Shown here piece after piece: positions 8,846 to 18,146 of a stretch of DNA of 64,000 bases (position 1 is its first letter; each line of letters opens with the position of its first letter). The DNA is from Candidatus Omnitrophota bacterium (GTDB lineage: Bacteria; Omnitrophota; Gorgyraeia; Duberdicusellales; 4484-171). Location of the stretch: NCBI GenBank assembly GCA_021735655.1, contig JAIPGM010000003.1, positions 192,001-256,000 on the forward strand. Direction: 5' to 3'. A model generated the notes under the pieces. It did no database searches, had not been told where the DNA came from, and was given only the letters and a program-made list of their open reading frames with translations. Position numbers and translations under genes: made by a program.

Positions 8846-10108
8846 ATGAAAAAATTTATAAAAGTTATACGTTGGTTATACCCAGGCTTGCGGATAAAGC
8901 GGTGGGTAGGATTATTAGTTTTAAGTAGTTTTTTCGTGATTTTTTCTACGGTTCGTTTTATCTATGATGTTGATCCGGTTTTGCGAATATTCGATTTGGT
9001 TTTATTTGTATTTTCTTTCGCCGGTTTTATTGCTGGGGTAAAATCATTGATTGAGAGTTTTTTTGAAGCCATTTATCCTGGGAAGAATAAAGAACTGATT
9101 GATATAATTTACGAAAAACGATTTCTTTCCAAGGGACCAAAAATTGTAGCTATTGGTGGAGGAACTGGCTTGTCAACCATCCTTGAAGGCTTAAAGAAAT
9201 ACACCGCGAATATAACCGCAATCGTTACTGTGGCTGATGAAGGAGGGTCTTCGGGGCGATTGCGTGAAGAATTTGGAATATTGCCACCGGGTGATATACG
9301 TAACTGCCTTGTTTCCTTGGCTGAGGTTCCTCAGATGATGCGTGATTTGTTTCAATATCGTTTTGAGGAAGGAGATGGTATCAAAGGCCATAGCTTTGGT
9401 AATCTTTTCATCACGGCTATGACTCAGGTGACCGGAAGTTTTAAGGATGCTGTAGAAGAATCAAGCATTGTTTTAGCCATCCGGGGAAGGGTTTTGCCTT
9501 CGAGCCTTGATCGGATTCGTCTTAAGGCTGAATACGGTGATGGGACAACTAAAGAGGGAGAAGATAAGATTCCTGACGAGGGAAGATCAATAAAGAACAT
9601 TTGTCTTATTCCTGATGACCCTAAGCCAAATCCCGAAGCAATTGAAGCAATCCGCGAGGCTGAAATAATAGTTTTTGGTCCGGGAAGTCTATTCACTAGC
9701 GTTATTCCAAATCTTTTGATTGGTCAGATTAAAGATGAGATTTCGAAGCGCGATGTTATGAAGTTGTATATTTGTAATGTTATGACTCAAAATGGCGAAA
9801 CTGATGGTTTTACAGCTTTTGATCATTTCAATACAATTGTTTCACACACTAAGAAAAATGTGATTAATAGCTGTTTGGTGAATTCGGGACGTCTTGAACA
9901 TCGTCTTTTAGTTAAATATGCTCAGGAGAAGTCTTTTCCGGTTATCTTTGATCGTGAGCGTTTTAAAAAGAAAGGCGTGGGAATATTTGAGGCCAATGTT
10001 GTTAGTAGAAGCAATTATTTAAGGCATGATTCAGAAAGAGTGTCTAAGGAAATTATAAATATTTATAACTATCGGAAGCGACGATGGAAAGTTTGGAAAA
10101 GAAAATAA
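8846..10108 (+). CDS. YvcK/CofD-family gluconeogenesis-factor-like protein with an atypical ~95-aa N-terminal extension carrying two predicted TM helices
   Basis: The core IVAIGGGTGLSTILEGLK...GPGSLFTSVIPNLL matches YvcK/UPF0052. The N-terminus has two hydrophobic helices (GLLVLSSFFVIFSTV; LVLFVFSFAGFIAGV). Confidence 0.7.
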   Translation: MKKFIKVIRWLYPGLRIKRWVGLLVLSSFFVIFSTVRFIYDVDPVLRIFDLVLFVFSFAGFIAGVKSLIESFFEAIYPGKNKELIDIIYEKRFLSKGPKIVAIGGGTGLSTILEGLKKYTANITAIVTVADEGGSSGRLREEFGILPPGDIRNCLVSLAEVPQMMRDLFQYRFEEGDGIKGHSFGNLFITAMTQVTGSFKDAVEESSIVLAIRGRVLPSSLDRIRLKAEYGDGTTKEGEDKIPDEGRSIKNICLIPDDPKPNPEAIEAIREAEIIVFGPGSLFTSVIPNLLIGQIKDEISKRDVMKLYICNVMTQNGETDGFTAFDHFNTIVSHTKKNVINSCLVNSGRLEHRLLVKYAQEKSFPVIFDRERFKKKGVGIFEANVVSRSNYLRHDSERVSKEIINIYNYRKRRWKVWKRK

Positions 10109-10350
10109 TAGTAAATAAAGAGCATGGTTTACATGCACGGCCAGCAACTATTTTTGTCCAGTTAGCCAATAAGTTTAATTCTTCCGTTAAGGTTGTCAAG
10201 GATGGCGAAGCGGTAGACGGTAAGTCAATAATCGCTATTTTAAGTTTAGGGGTAAGCAAGGGGGCAGAAGTGGCTTTAGTTGTTGAGGGTGGTGATTCCC
10301 AAGAGGCTATGGACGAACTCAAAAAATTTTTAGAGGCTGAAAATGATTAA
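10084..10350 (+). CDS. ptsH: phosphocarrier protein HPr
   Basis: HGLHARPA active-site His15 motif, 88 aa. It overlaps the start of ptsI. Confidence 0.9.
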   Translation: MESLEKKIIVNKEHGLHARPATIFVQLANKFNSSVKVVKDGEAVDGKSIIAILSLGVSKGAEVALVVEGGDSQEAMDELKKFLEAEND

Positions 10351-12100
10351 ATTAAAAGGCATTGCTGTTAGTGGCGGAGTTGGGATCGGAACAGTTCTAA
10401 CCTTGAGAAAGGATGAGCTTTCGATTCCTAGGAGAAAAATTGCTCATGATGAGATTTCTCGCGAGATCTATCGTTTGGAAGAGGCTTTGATTGAAACTCG
10501 TCGGCAAATTTCGGACCTTCAAAAGAAGATTTCTCAAGACATTGGCTTTGATCACGGAAGGATATTCGAAGCTCATTTTTTGGTTCTTGAAGACAGGATG
10601 CTTATCGAAGATATTATTAAACAAATTAAAAATAATAAAGTTAACGTAGAGTACGCGTTTTCTCAAAGTGTAAAGAAGTATGTTGATACGCTTTTACATT
10701 TGAACGATGAATACTTAAGAGAAAGAGTTGTCGATATCGAAGATATTGCCCGCAGAGTTTTACGGACAATGTTGAAGGAAAAGGCAACTACTTTAAGTAA
10801 TTTAAAAGAAAAGGTAGTTGTTGTTGCTCATGATCTTGGCCCTTCTCAAACTGCGTCTTTGCCAAAAGAAAATGTTCTTGGGTTTGTTACTGATATCGGA
10901 GGTAGGACATCACATACTGCGATTATTGCTCGTACCTTAAGAATTCCGGCAGTCGTTGGTCTCGAAACAGCTACTGATAATATTAAGTCTGGAGATAAAA
11001 TTATAGTTGATGGGTCAACTGGCGAAGTTATAGTCAACCCGACTGATAAGGTTCTTAAAGAATATGAAAAAAAGTCAACCCTTTATGATAAAGAAATTAA
11101 AGCTATCCATATTCCCAAGGCTTTAAAGGCAACAACCAAGGATGGTAAAGAAGTTATTATTTCAGCTAATATTGAGTTACCTGAAGAATTATCTTTAGTT
11201 AAACAATACGGAGCAGAGGGTATTGGTCTTTATCGGACAGAGTATATTTTTCTGGGCCGGAGGGATTTACCTTCCGAGGAAGAGCAATATGAGGCTTATC
11301 GGTTAGTAGCTAAAAAGGTTAAGCCAAATACAGTAGTTTTTAGGACTATTGATATTGGTGGGGATAAGTTTCTTTCTCGACCAGAAGTTCCCCATGAGAT
11401 GAGTCCTTTTTTAGGTTGGCGGGCAATTAGGTTTTGTTTAGCCCGACCAGAAGTGTTTAAAGCTCAGCTACGGGCAATTTTGAGAGCTTCGGTTGAGAAA
11501 AACGTAAATGTAATGTTTCCGATGATTTCGGGGGTAGAGGAACTCAGGGCGGCCAAAGCTATTCTTAATGAGTGTAAAGGTGAACTACGTAAAGAAAACA
11601 AACATTTTGATGAAAAATTGGCAGTTGGCACGATGATTGAAGTTCCTTCGGCAGCTTTAACGGCTGATGCCTTAGCTAAAGAGAGTGATTTTTTTAGTAT
11701 TGGAACTAATGATTTGATTCAATATTCTTTAGCCGTTGATCGGGGAAACGAAAAGGTTGCTTATCTTTATGAACCGGGGCACCCGGCAGTATTGAAACTT
11801 ATAAAACAGGTTATCGATGCGGCTCATAAAAATAAGATTTGGGCAGGCATGTGCGGGGAAATGAGTGGTGAGCCTATTTTTTCATTTTTACTTTTAGGTT
11901 TAGGGCTTGATAAGTTTAGTATGTCTCCGCCTCAGATTCCTAAAATAAAAGAGTTAATCTCTAACGTTAAATTTTCTGACGCTCAAAAGATTGCCGTCAA
12001 GGCTTTAAATATTTTAACCGCCAAGGAAGTTGAAAAGTATTTTCAGGGCGAGCTAAAGAAGATTTTAAAAGATAAATTTAACCATATTTTAATGGTTTAA
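10343..12100 (+). CDS. ptsI: phosphoenolpyruvate-protein phosphotransferase (PTS Enzyme I)
   Basis: GGRTSHTAIIARTLRIPAVVG phospho-His motif and the C-terminal PEP-utilising TIM-barrel motifs. Confidence 0.9.
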   Translation: MIKLKGIAVSGGVGIGTVLTLRKDELSIPRRKIAHDEISREIYRLEEALIETRRQISDLQKKISQDIGFDHGRIFEAHFLVLEDRMLIEDIIKQIKNNKVNVEYAFSQSVKKYVDTLLHLNDEYLRERVVDIEDIARRVLRTMLKEKATTLSNLKEKVVVVAHDLGPSQTASLPKENVLGFVTDIGGRTSHTAIIARTLRIPAVVGLETATDNIKSGDKIIVDGSTGEVIVNPTDKVLKEYEKKSTLYDKEIKAIHIPKALKATTKDGKEVIISANIELPEELSLVKQYGAEGIGLYRTEYIFLGRRDLPSEEEQYEAYRLVAKKVKPNTVVFRTIDIGGDKFLSRPEVPHEMSPFLGWRAIRFCLARPEVFKAQLRAILRASVEKNVNVMFPMISGVEELRAAKAILNECKGELRKENKHFDEKLAVGTMIEVPSAALTADALAKESDFFSIGTNDLIQYSLAVDRGNEKVAYLYEPGHPAVLKLIKQVIDAAHKNKIWAGMCGEMSGEPIFSFLLLGLGLDKFSMSPPQIPKIKELISNVKFSDAQKIAVKALNILTAKEVEKYFQGELKKILKDKFNHILMV

Positions 12101-12103
12101 ACT

Positions 12104-12835
12104 ATGAAAGTAATAATTCTTGCCGCCGGTTATGGAACCAGACTTTATCCTTTAACTTATCATATTGCTAAACCGTTATTGCTGGTGAATAAAAAGCCGA
12201 TGCTTAATTTTTTGATTGATAAGATAGCTATTTTAAAAAAGAGCTTTCCGATTGATGAGGTACGAGTTGTAGTTAATGATAAGTTTTATAAAGATTTTTT
12301 AGCCTGGGAGAAAAGATATAAAATAAAAGTAAAGATTGTCAATGATGGTTCAACTAGCCCTGATGATCGTCTAGGTGCAATAAAAGATATGAGATTTGCA
12401 ATGGGTAAAGAAAAGTGTGATTGGTTGATACTTGGTGGAGATAATTTATTTGAGGATAGTTTGACCAGTTTCTTGGATTTTGCTTTAGATAAAGAATCTA
12501 ATCCATCAATTGGCCTTTACGATCTGAAATCAAAAAAAGAGGCAACCCGGTTTGGCATAGTTAGTTTAAACACCAAGTCACGAATTGTAAAATTTGCCGA
12601 GAAACCAAAGAAACCAGCCTCAACCCTTGCGGCATCATGTGTTTATTTTTTTCCTAAGAAATCCCTAGGGTTACTAAATACATTTGTTAAGGGTCATAGA
12701 AGTGTTGATGCTTCCGGGCGCTATATTGCTTGGCTTGTTAGGACGGCTAAGGTTTTCGGTTATATCTTAAAAGGCAAGTGGATTGATATTGGACATATTG
12801 ATTCTTTAAAGTTAGCCGAAAAAGCATTTAAATAA
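12104..12835 (+). CDS. sugar-phosphate nucleotidyltransferase (NTP-transferase family)
   Basis: N-terminal MKVIILAAGYGTRLYPLT is the G-x-G-T-R motif of sugar nucleotidyltransferases. Confidence 0.65.
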   Translation: MKVIILAAGYGTRLYPLTYHIAKPLLLVNKKPMLNFLIDKIAILKKSFPIDEVRVVVNDKFYKDFLAWEKRYKIKVKIVNDGSTSPDDRLGAIKDMRFAMGKEKCDWLILGGDNLFEDSLTSFLDFALDKESNPSIGLYDLKSKKEATRFGIVSLNTKSRIVKFAEKPKKPASTLAASCVYFFPKKSLGLLNTFVKGHRSVDASGRYIAWLVRTAKVFGYILKGKWIDIGHIDSLKLAEKAFK

Positions 12836-12859
12836 GATTTAGATTTATGGAGGATTAGT

Positions 12860-13918
12860 ATGCAGTTAAAACAGATGAGAGGAAAAATTGATAAGATAGA
12901 CAAAAGAATAGTCGAGTTGCTTAACCAGCGGGCTCAGGAAGTAATAAAAATAAGCCTTCTTAAGAAGAAAAAGAAATTATCTCTTTATTCTCCGGAAAGA
13001 GAGGCTAGCATGCTTGAGTCTCTTAAAAAGCTAAGCCAGGGGCCTTTGCGTGGAGAAGATATTGAAAATGTTTTTCGGGAAGTTTTATCAGCCTGTCGTT
13101 CTCAGAAGGCCAATTTGGAGATTGCCTACTTAGGGCCTCAAGGCACTTTTACTCATCTTGCGGCAATAAAGAAATTCGGCAAAAGACCGGACTATCTTCC
13201 GGTAGCAAGTATTAGTGATGTTTTTGATGCCGTCGACAGAGACCAAGCGCAATACGGAGTTGTTCCGGTTGAGAACTCTACCGAAGGGGTAATTAACTAT
13301 ACTTTGGATATGTTTTTTGGCTCATCGTTAAACATTTGCGCTGAGATAACTATGAATATTTCGCACGCCCTCTTAGCTAAAGGGTCTGAGAGTATAAAAC
13401 GGGTTTACTCTAATCCTGAAGTATTTGCTCAGTGTCGAAACTGGATAGCTGCTTCCTTAAAGGATGTTGAGTTAGTTCCAGTTTCATCGACGGCTAAAGC
13501 GGCTAAAGAAGCTAAAAAAGATAAAAATGGTGCTTGTATCGGGAATAAAATTTTGGCCAATCTTTATGGTTTGAGAATAATAGCTTCTTCAATTCAAGAC
13601 TCATCAAACAATTACACAAGATTTTTGGTAATTGCTAAAAATGATAGTCCACCTTCTGGTAAAGATAAGACCTCTATTTTGTTTTCAACTAAAGATAAAG
13701 TAGGGGCTTTGCATGATATTTTGTCATCGTTTAAGGCTTCGGGCTTAAATCTTACTAAAATAGAGTCTCGGCCTTCTAAGAAAAAAGCCTGGGAGTACTA
13801 TTTCTTTGTCGATTTTCAAGGACACAAGAGCTCTGCTTTGGTTAAGAAGTCTTTGAAGAAATTAGAGAAACAATGTTCCTTTGTTAAACTTCTTGGTTCT
13901 TACCCCTGTGAAAATTAG
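12860..13918 (+). CDS. pheA: bifunctional chorismate mutase / prephenate dehydratase (P-protein)
   Basis: An N-terminal chorismate mutase helix (LKQMRGKIDKIDKRIVELLNQR), a prephenate dehydratase core (IAYLGPQGTFTH) and a C-terminal ACT domain. Confidence 0.85.
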   Translation: MQLKQMRGKIDKIDKRIVELLNQRAQEVIKISLLKKKKKLSLYSPEREASMLESLKKLSQGPLRGEDIENVFREVLSACRSQKANLEIAYLGPQGTFTHLAAIKKFGKRPDYLPVASISDVFDAVDRDQAQYGVVPVENSTEGVINYTLDMFFGSSLNICAEITMNISHALLAKGSESIKRVYSNPEVFAQCRNWIAASLKDVELVPVSSTAKAAKEAKKDKNGACIGNKILANLYGLRIIASSIQDSSNNYTRFLVIAKNDSPPSGKDKTSILFSTKDKVGALHDILSSFKASGLNLTKIESRPSKKKAWEYYFFVDFQGHKSSALVKKSLKKLEKQCSFVKLLGSYPCEN

Positions 13919-14501
13919 CCTGTTAGTTGAGGCGTTAAAAAATATTAAGGAGATAAAAATCAAAAAAAGCTTTACTTTAATTGAATTAATTGTAGTCATC
14001 GCAATCATTGCCATTTTAGCGGCGATCATTGCACCGAATGCTTTTCGAGCAATTGAGAAAGCTAAAATATCTGCCACAGTTCAGGATTTTAAATCTTTTA
14101 AAACTGCGACTCAGGCTTATTATGCTGATGTTGGAAAGTGGCCTTGGGAGGGCGCAGTTTGGAATCCACCCAATTGGGACACCAGCAATGGCGAAGGGTA
14201 TATCAACAATGATGGTGCCTCAGGTTGGGATGGACCTTATTTGGAAGGTTGGCCAAAAGCCAATTGGGGTATGGATTTTGTTTGTTATTATTATTTGAGT
14301 GATTGGGATGCAGATGGGATAGCTGAAAGTCATTTTGTTTCAATTCGCAAGAATGCCTTCGTTACTCCTACAGGCAATTCTACAGCCTTGCCAGAACATG
14401 TTCGACAAAGGATAGATGAGATTCTTGATGACGGAGATTTGGATACCGGAAAACTTCAGATGGCTAGCGATTTGTATTTTGACTATCTACTAGTTAGATG
14501 A
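13881..14501 (+). CDS. prepilin-type N-terminal cleavage/methylation domain protein, a type IV pilin or pseudopilin and paralog of 48996..49652. The start is uncertain: the ATG at 13881 gives a 29-aa leader overlapping pheA, and an ATC at 13959 behind an AAGGAG is an alternative.
   Basis: Class III signal KKS|FTLIELIVVIAIIAILAAIIAP with Glu at +5. The C-terminus is rich in W/G/N and contains the GWDGPYLEGW motif. Confidence 0.75.
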   Translation: MLNFLVLTPVKISLLVEALKNIKEIKIKKSFTLIELIVVIAIIAILAAIIAPNAFRAIEKAKISATVQDFKSFKTATQAYYADVGKWPWEGAVWNPPNWDTSNGEGYINNDGASGWDGPYLEGWPKANWGMDFVCYYYLSDWDADGIAESHFVSIRKNAFVTPTGNSTALPEHVRQRIDEILDDGDLDTGKLQMASDLYFDYLLVR

Positions 14502-14529
14502 AGGCCATTAAAAGCCTAACTAAAACTTT

Positions 14530-15621
14530 ATGGGGACATATCGTAAAGAATTAAAAAAGATCGATAACTATAAGCCGGGAAAACCAATCGAAGAAGTAAA
14601 AAGAGCTTTGGGATTGGGTGAGGTCTATAAACTGGCTTCTAACGAGATTCCTTTTGAACCGACCTATATAAAAAAAGCTGTTTTGGCTGAGATTAAGAAC
14701 ATTAATCGTTATCCAGAAAGTGGTTCATTTTACCTGAGGCAAAAATTAGCTAAAAAACTAAAAGTTAACGAAGAACAGCTAGTTTTTGGTAACGGATCTG
14801 ACGAGTTGATTGTTCTGGCACTTAAGGCCTTTGTTGAAAAGGGTGACCAGGTTATAGTGTCTTATCCGACCTTTTTGATTTATGAAATTCAAGCAAAAAT
14901 AGCCGGTGCTAAAGTTATTAGAGTTCCTTCCAGCGGCTTGCGTTACGATTTAGAGGAAATAGCAAAGAAGGTAAATAAGAAGACAAAGATTATTTTTATT
15001 GCTAATCCTGATAATCCTACCGGAACCTATTTGACTCAGCGAGAAATTAATAATTTTTTAGCTAAAATTCCTAAGTCGATATTAGTTTTTTTTGATGAGG
15101 CTTACTTTGAATTTGCACCAAAGAATTTTCCTAAAAGTTTGGCTTTTTTAAAGAAAAGAGGCAATATCATTGTAACTAGAACATTTTCTAAGGCCTATGG
15201 CTTGGCTGGCTTGCGTATTGGTTATGGAGTTACTACTAAAGAGATAGCCGGTATTTTAAATAAAATTAGGGAGCCGTTTAATATTAATCGCTTTGCTCAA
15301 GTAGCGGCCGTTGCCGCTTTAGGAAACAACAGTTTTTTAAAAAAGGCAGTAAGCTATGTAAATAATGAAAAGAGCTATTTTTATCGAGAATTAAAAAAAT
15401 GCAAACTTTCATTCGTTGAGAGCGCGACTAATTTTGTAGTGGTTGATTTTAAGAAGAGCACTAAGGGGCTTTATGATTATTTGTTGAAAAATGGCGTTAT
15501 TGTTCGTGAACTTAAGGGTTGGGGCTTGTCGCGTTACTTTCGAGTGACTGTGGGCCTAGCTAAGGAAAATAGAAAATTTATAAGTTGTTTAAAGGCTTAT
15601 TTAGCCAAAATTAAAGGATAA
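14530..15621 (+). CDS. hisC: histidinol-phosphate/aromatic aminotransferase (class II PLP aminotransferase)
   Basis: KLASNEIPFEP near the N-terminus and the PLP-lysine region SKAYGLAGLRIGY. It lies in the aromatic amino acid cluster. Confidence 0.8.
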   Translation: MGTYRKELKKIDNYKPGKPIEEVKRALGLGEVYKLASNEIPFEPTYIKKAVLAEIKNINRYPESGSFYLRQKLAKKLKVNEEQLVFGNGSDELIVLALKAFVEKGDQVIVSYPTFLIYEIQAKIAGAKVIRVPSSGLRYDLEEIAKKVNKKTKIIFIANPDNPTGTYLTQREINNFLAKIPKSILVFFDEAYFEFAPKNFPKSLAFLKKRGNIIVTRTFSKAYGLAGLRIGYGVTTKEIAGILNKIREPFNINRFAQVAAVAALGNNSFLKKAVSYVNNEKSYFYRELKKCKLSFVESATNFVVVDFKKSTKGLYDYLLKNGVIVRELKGWGLSRYFRVTVGLAKENRKFISCLKAYLAKIKG

Positions 15622-15624
15622 ACT

Positions 15625-16641
15625 ATGATTATTGTATTTAAAAAAGGCGCAACTGAACAGGAAGTTTCAAATTTAATCAGCCGAATTGAAAAATTAGGAT
15701 TGAAGGCAATGATTTCCAAAGGTACTGAACGAACTATTGTCGGAGTCATCGGTCCGGAAGACATAATTCGTTTGCATCCTTTAGAGGTTTTTCCCGGTGT
15801 TGAAAAAGTAATGCCGGTCTTGGCGCCCTATAAGCTTGTATCTCGAGAGTTTAAAAAAGATGACACAGTAGTAAAAATTGCAAGAGGCGTTGAAGTTGGC
15901 GGTAAGAAAATAACAGTTATCGCTGGTCCTTGTTCCATAGAGAGTGAAGCTCAGCTTATGGAGGTTGCTAAGAAAGTCAAAAAATCCGGAGCTTCAATTT
16001 TAAGGGGAGGCGCTTTTAAGCCTAGAAGCTCTCCTTATACTTTTCAAGGTTTAGGCCAGGAAGGTTTAAAGATTCTAAAAGATGCATCGGATAAATTTTC
16101 AATAGCTACAGCTACTGAAGTTATGGACACCCGCGATGTCGAGCTAGTTGCAAGGTACAGTGATTGTTTGCAAATCGGGGCTCGCAATATGCAGAATTTT
16201 AATCTTTTAAAGGAAGTCGGCCAAACCAAGAAGCCGGTTATTTTAAAGCGCGGCCTGAATGCTACGATAAAAGAGCTTTTGATGAGTGCTGAATATATAT
16301 TAAGCGAAGGAAATTTTAATGTAATCCTTTGTGAGCGGGGGATACGCACCTTTGAAGATTTTACCCGTAATACTTTAGATATCAGCGCAGTCCCAGTAAT
16401 AAAGTTGCTATCACACCTACCAATTGTAGTTGATCCGTCTCATGCTGCCGGAAAGTGGGGGTTGGTTGGTCCGTTAAGTAAAGCTGCTATTGCAGCTGGT
16501 TGTGATGGTTTATTAATTGAGGTCCATCCTAATCCTCAAGAGGCTTTAAGCGATGGGCCACAGCAGTTATTGCCCGAGAACTTTGCAAGTTTGATGAATG
16601 AATTAAAGGATATAGCTAAAATAGTAAAAAGACAAATGTAG
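15625..16641 (+). CDS. aroF: 3-deoxy-7-phosphoheptulonate (DAHP) synthase, class I-beta, with an N-terminal ferredoxin-like regulatory domain
   Basis: Catalytic motifs KPRSSPYTFQGLG and GARNMQN of the DAHPS/KDO8PS family, plus an extra ~70-aa N-terminal domain as in Thermotoga-type DAHPS. Confidence 0.75.
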   Translation: MIIVFKKGATEQEVSNLISRIEKLGLKAMISKGTERTIVGVIGPEDIIRLHPLEVFPGVEKVMPVLAPYKLVSREFKKDDTVVKIARGVEVGGKKITVIAGPCSIESEAQLMEVAKKVKKSGASILRGGAFKPRSSPYTFQGLGQEGLKILKDASDKFSIATATEVMDTRDVELVARYSDCLQIGARNMQNFNLLKEVGQTKKPVILKRGLNATIKELLMSAEYILSEGNFNVILCERGIRTFEDFTRNTLDISAVPVIKLLSHLPIVVDPSHAAGKWGLVGPLSKAAIAAGCDGLLIEVHPNPQEALSDGPQQLLPENFASLMNELKDIAKIVKRQM

Positions 16642-16642
16642 G

Positions 16643-17491
16643 GTGAAGATGGATTTGAAAAGAGTTAAAAAAATAGCAATAATCGGTGTTGGATTTATGG
16701 GCGGATCTTTAGCTTTAGCTTTGAAGAAGAAGCTGCCTTATGCGAAGATTTGGGGGTTTGCCCGCAGTCAGAAGTCTTTTAATAAGCTTAAAAGGTTAAG
16801 TTTGCTGGATCGGGTTGAGAAAGATCTAGCTAAACTGGTGGTTGATTCAGATCTAGTAGTTTTTGCTTTACCGGTTAAGGTTATTTGTAGTTACTTTAAA
16901 AAAGTTTCTCCTTTTTTAAAAGAAGGGGCTACGGTTATCGATTTAGGAAGCACAAAACAGTTAGTCGAAAAATCGGCCAAAATGAATTTACCGCGTTCGA
17001 TCGATTTCATTGCTTGCCATCCTTTAGCCGGAAGTGAAAAGAGTGGCGCTGAATTTAGCCACGAAAATCTTTATCAAGGTTCAGTTTGCTTGATTACTTC
17101 TTCGCCCAAAGCCAAGGCAGCTAAATCAGTAAAGAATTTTTGGCAAAAGCTAGGCTGTCGGGTTGTTTTTATTAGCGCTAGTCAGCACGATAAAGTTCTT
17201 TCTGGTATATCTCACCTGCCGCATTTAATTTCTTTTTCGCTCAGTGAGCTTATTTCTGAAGATTATTTGAAGTTTTCTACTAACAGTTTTAAAGATTTAA
17301 CTCGCATAGCTAACTCGCCAGCTTTAGTTTGGGCAGATATTTTTATTTCTAATAGTGACAACATTGTAAGGGATTTGAAAGGCTATATTAAAATTTTAAA
17401 AAAATATCAAGCTTTGTTAAAAAAAGGCGATCGGGAGCTAATTGTTAAGTTAATCACCAAGGTAAATCACAAACAAAAAAAGATTATATGA
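16643..17491 (+). CDS. tyrA: prephenate/arogenate dehydrogenase
   Basis: Rossmann motif IAIIGVGFMGGSLALAL and the TyrA-family core. Confidence 0.75.
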   Translation: MKMDLKRVKKIAIIGVGFMGGSLALALKKKLPYAKIWGFARSQKSFNKLKRLSLLDRVEKDLAKLVVDSDLVVFALPVKVICSYFKKVSPFLKEGATVIDLGSTKQLVEKSAKMNLPRSIDFIACHPLAGSEKSGAEFSHENLYQGSVCLITSSPKAKAAKSVKNFWQKLGCRVVFISASQHDKVLSGISHLPHLISFSLSELISEDYLKFSTNSFKDLTRIANSPALVWADIFISNSDNIVRDLKGYIKILKKYQALLKKGDRELIVKLITKVNHKQKKII

Positions 17492-18132
17492 TTATTGCTA
17501 TTGATGGGCCAGCCGGATCAGGCAAAACTACTGTGGCTCGACTTTTGGCTAAAAGATTAGGTATTTCTTATCTTGATACCGGAGCCATTTATCGTGTTTT
17601 AACCTATCTTGCCTTAGAGCGTAAAATTGGCGCTTGGGACGAAGAGGCTTTAACCGAGCTGGCTAAAATTCTCAATTTGGATTTAAAGGGGAGCGAAGTT
17701 TATCTCGACGGTGTTGACCTTAGCGAGAAGATTAGGACCCCGCAAATAGATAAGTCTATCTCAGCGGTAGTTTCTCATCCCGAGGTACGAAAGGTAATCG
17801 TAGAGCTACAGAGAAAAATCGTTGAAAAAGGAGATTTTGTCGTAGAGGGTCGCGATATTACTACAGTTGTTTTTCCGGATACCGAATACAAGTTTTATCT
17901 TGATGCTGACCCGAACATTCGCGCTGAAAGGCGATCGAAAGAACTGCAAACTAAAGGAGTAAGCATTGAGCTTTCTGAGGTTCAGGAGGATTTAGAGAAA
18001 CGAGATTATGCTGATAAGAATAGAGAAGTTGGAGCTTTAAAAAAAGCTCCTGATGCCTTTTTTATTGATACCAGCAATTTAACTATCGAGCAATCCGTTG
18101 AGGAGATAGCAAAGCATATTCAAGTGAAGTAA
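17488..18132 (+). CDS. cmk: cytidylate kinase
   Basis: IIAIDGPAGSGKTTVAR P-loop, 214 aa. Confidence 0.88.
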   Translation: MIIAIDGPAGSGKTTVARLLAKRLGISYLDTGAIYRVLTYLALERKIGAWDEEALTELAKILNLDLKGSEVYLDGVDLSEKIRTPQIDKSISAVVSHPEVRKVIVELQRKIVEKGDFVVEGRDITTVVFPDTEYKFYLDADPNIRAERRSKELQTKGVSIELSEVQEDLEKRDYADKNREVGALKKAPDAFFIDTSNLTIEQSVEEIAKHIQVK

Positions 18133-18146
18133 CTTCTAAGGTTTAC

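Noticed and set aside
14029-14298. 89-aa alternative-frame ORF inside the 13881 pilin gene
   Set aside because: Same strand, different frame from a gene with a strong class III signal and a conserved paralog. There is no independent support.
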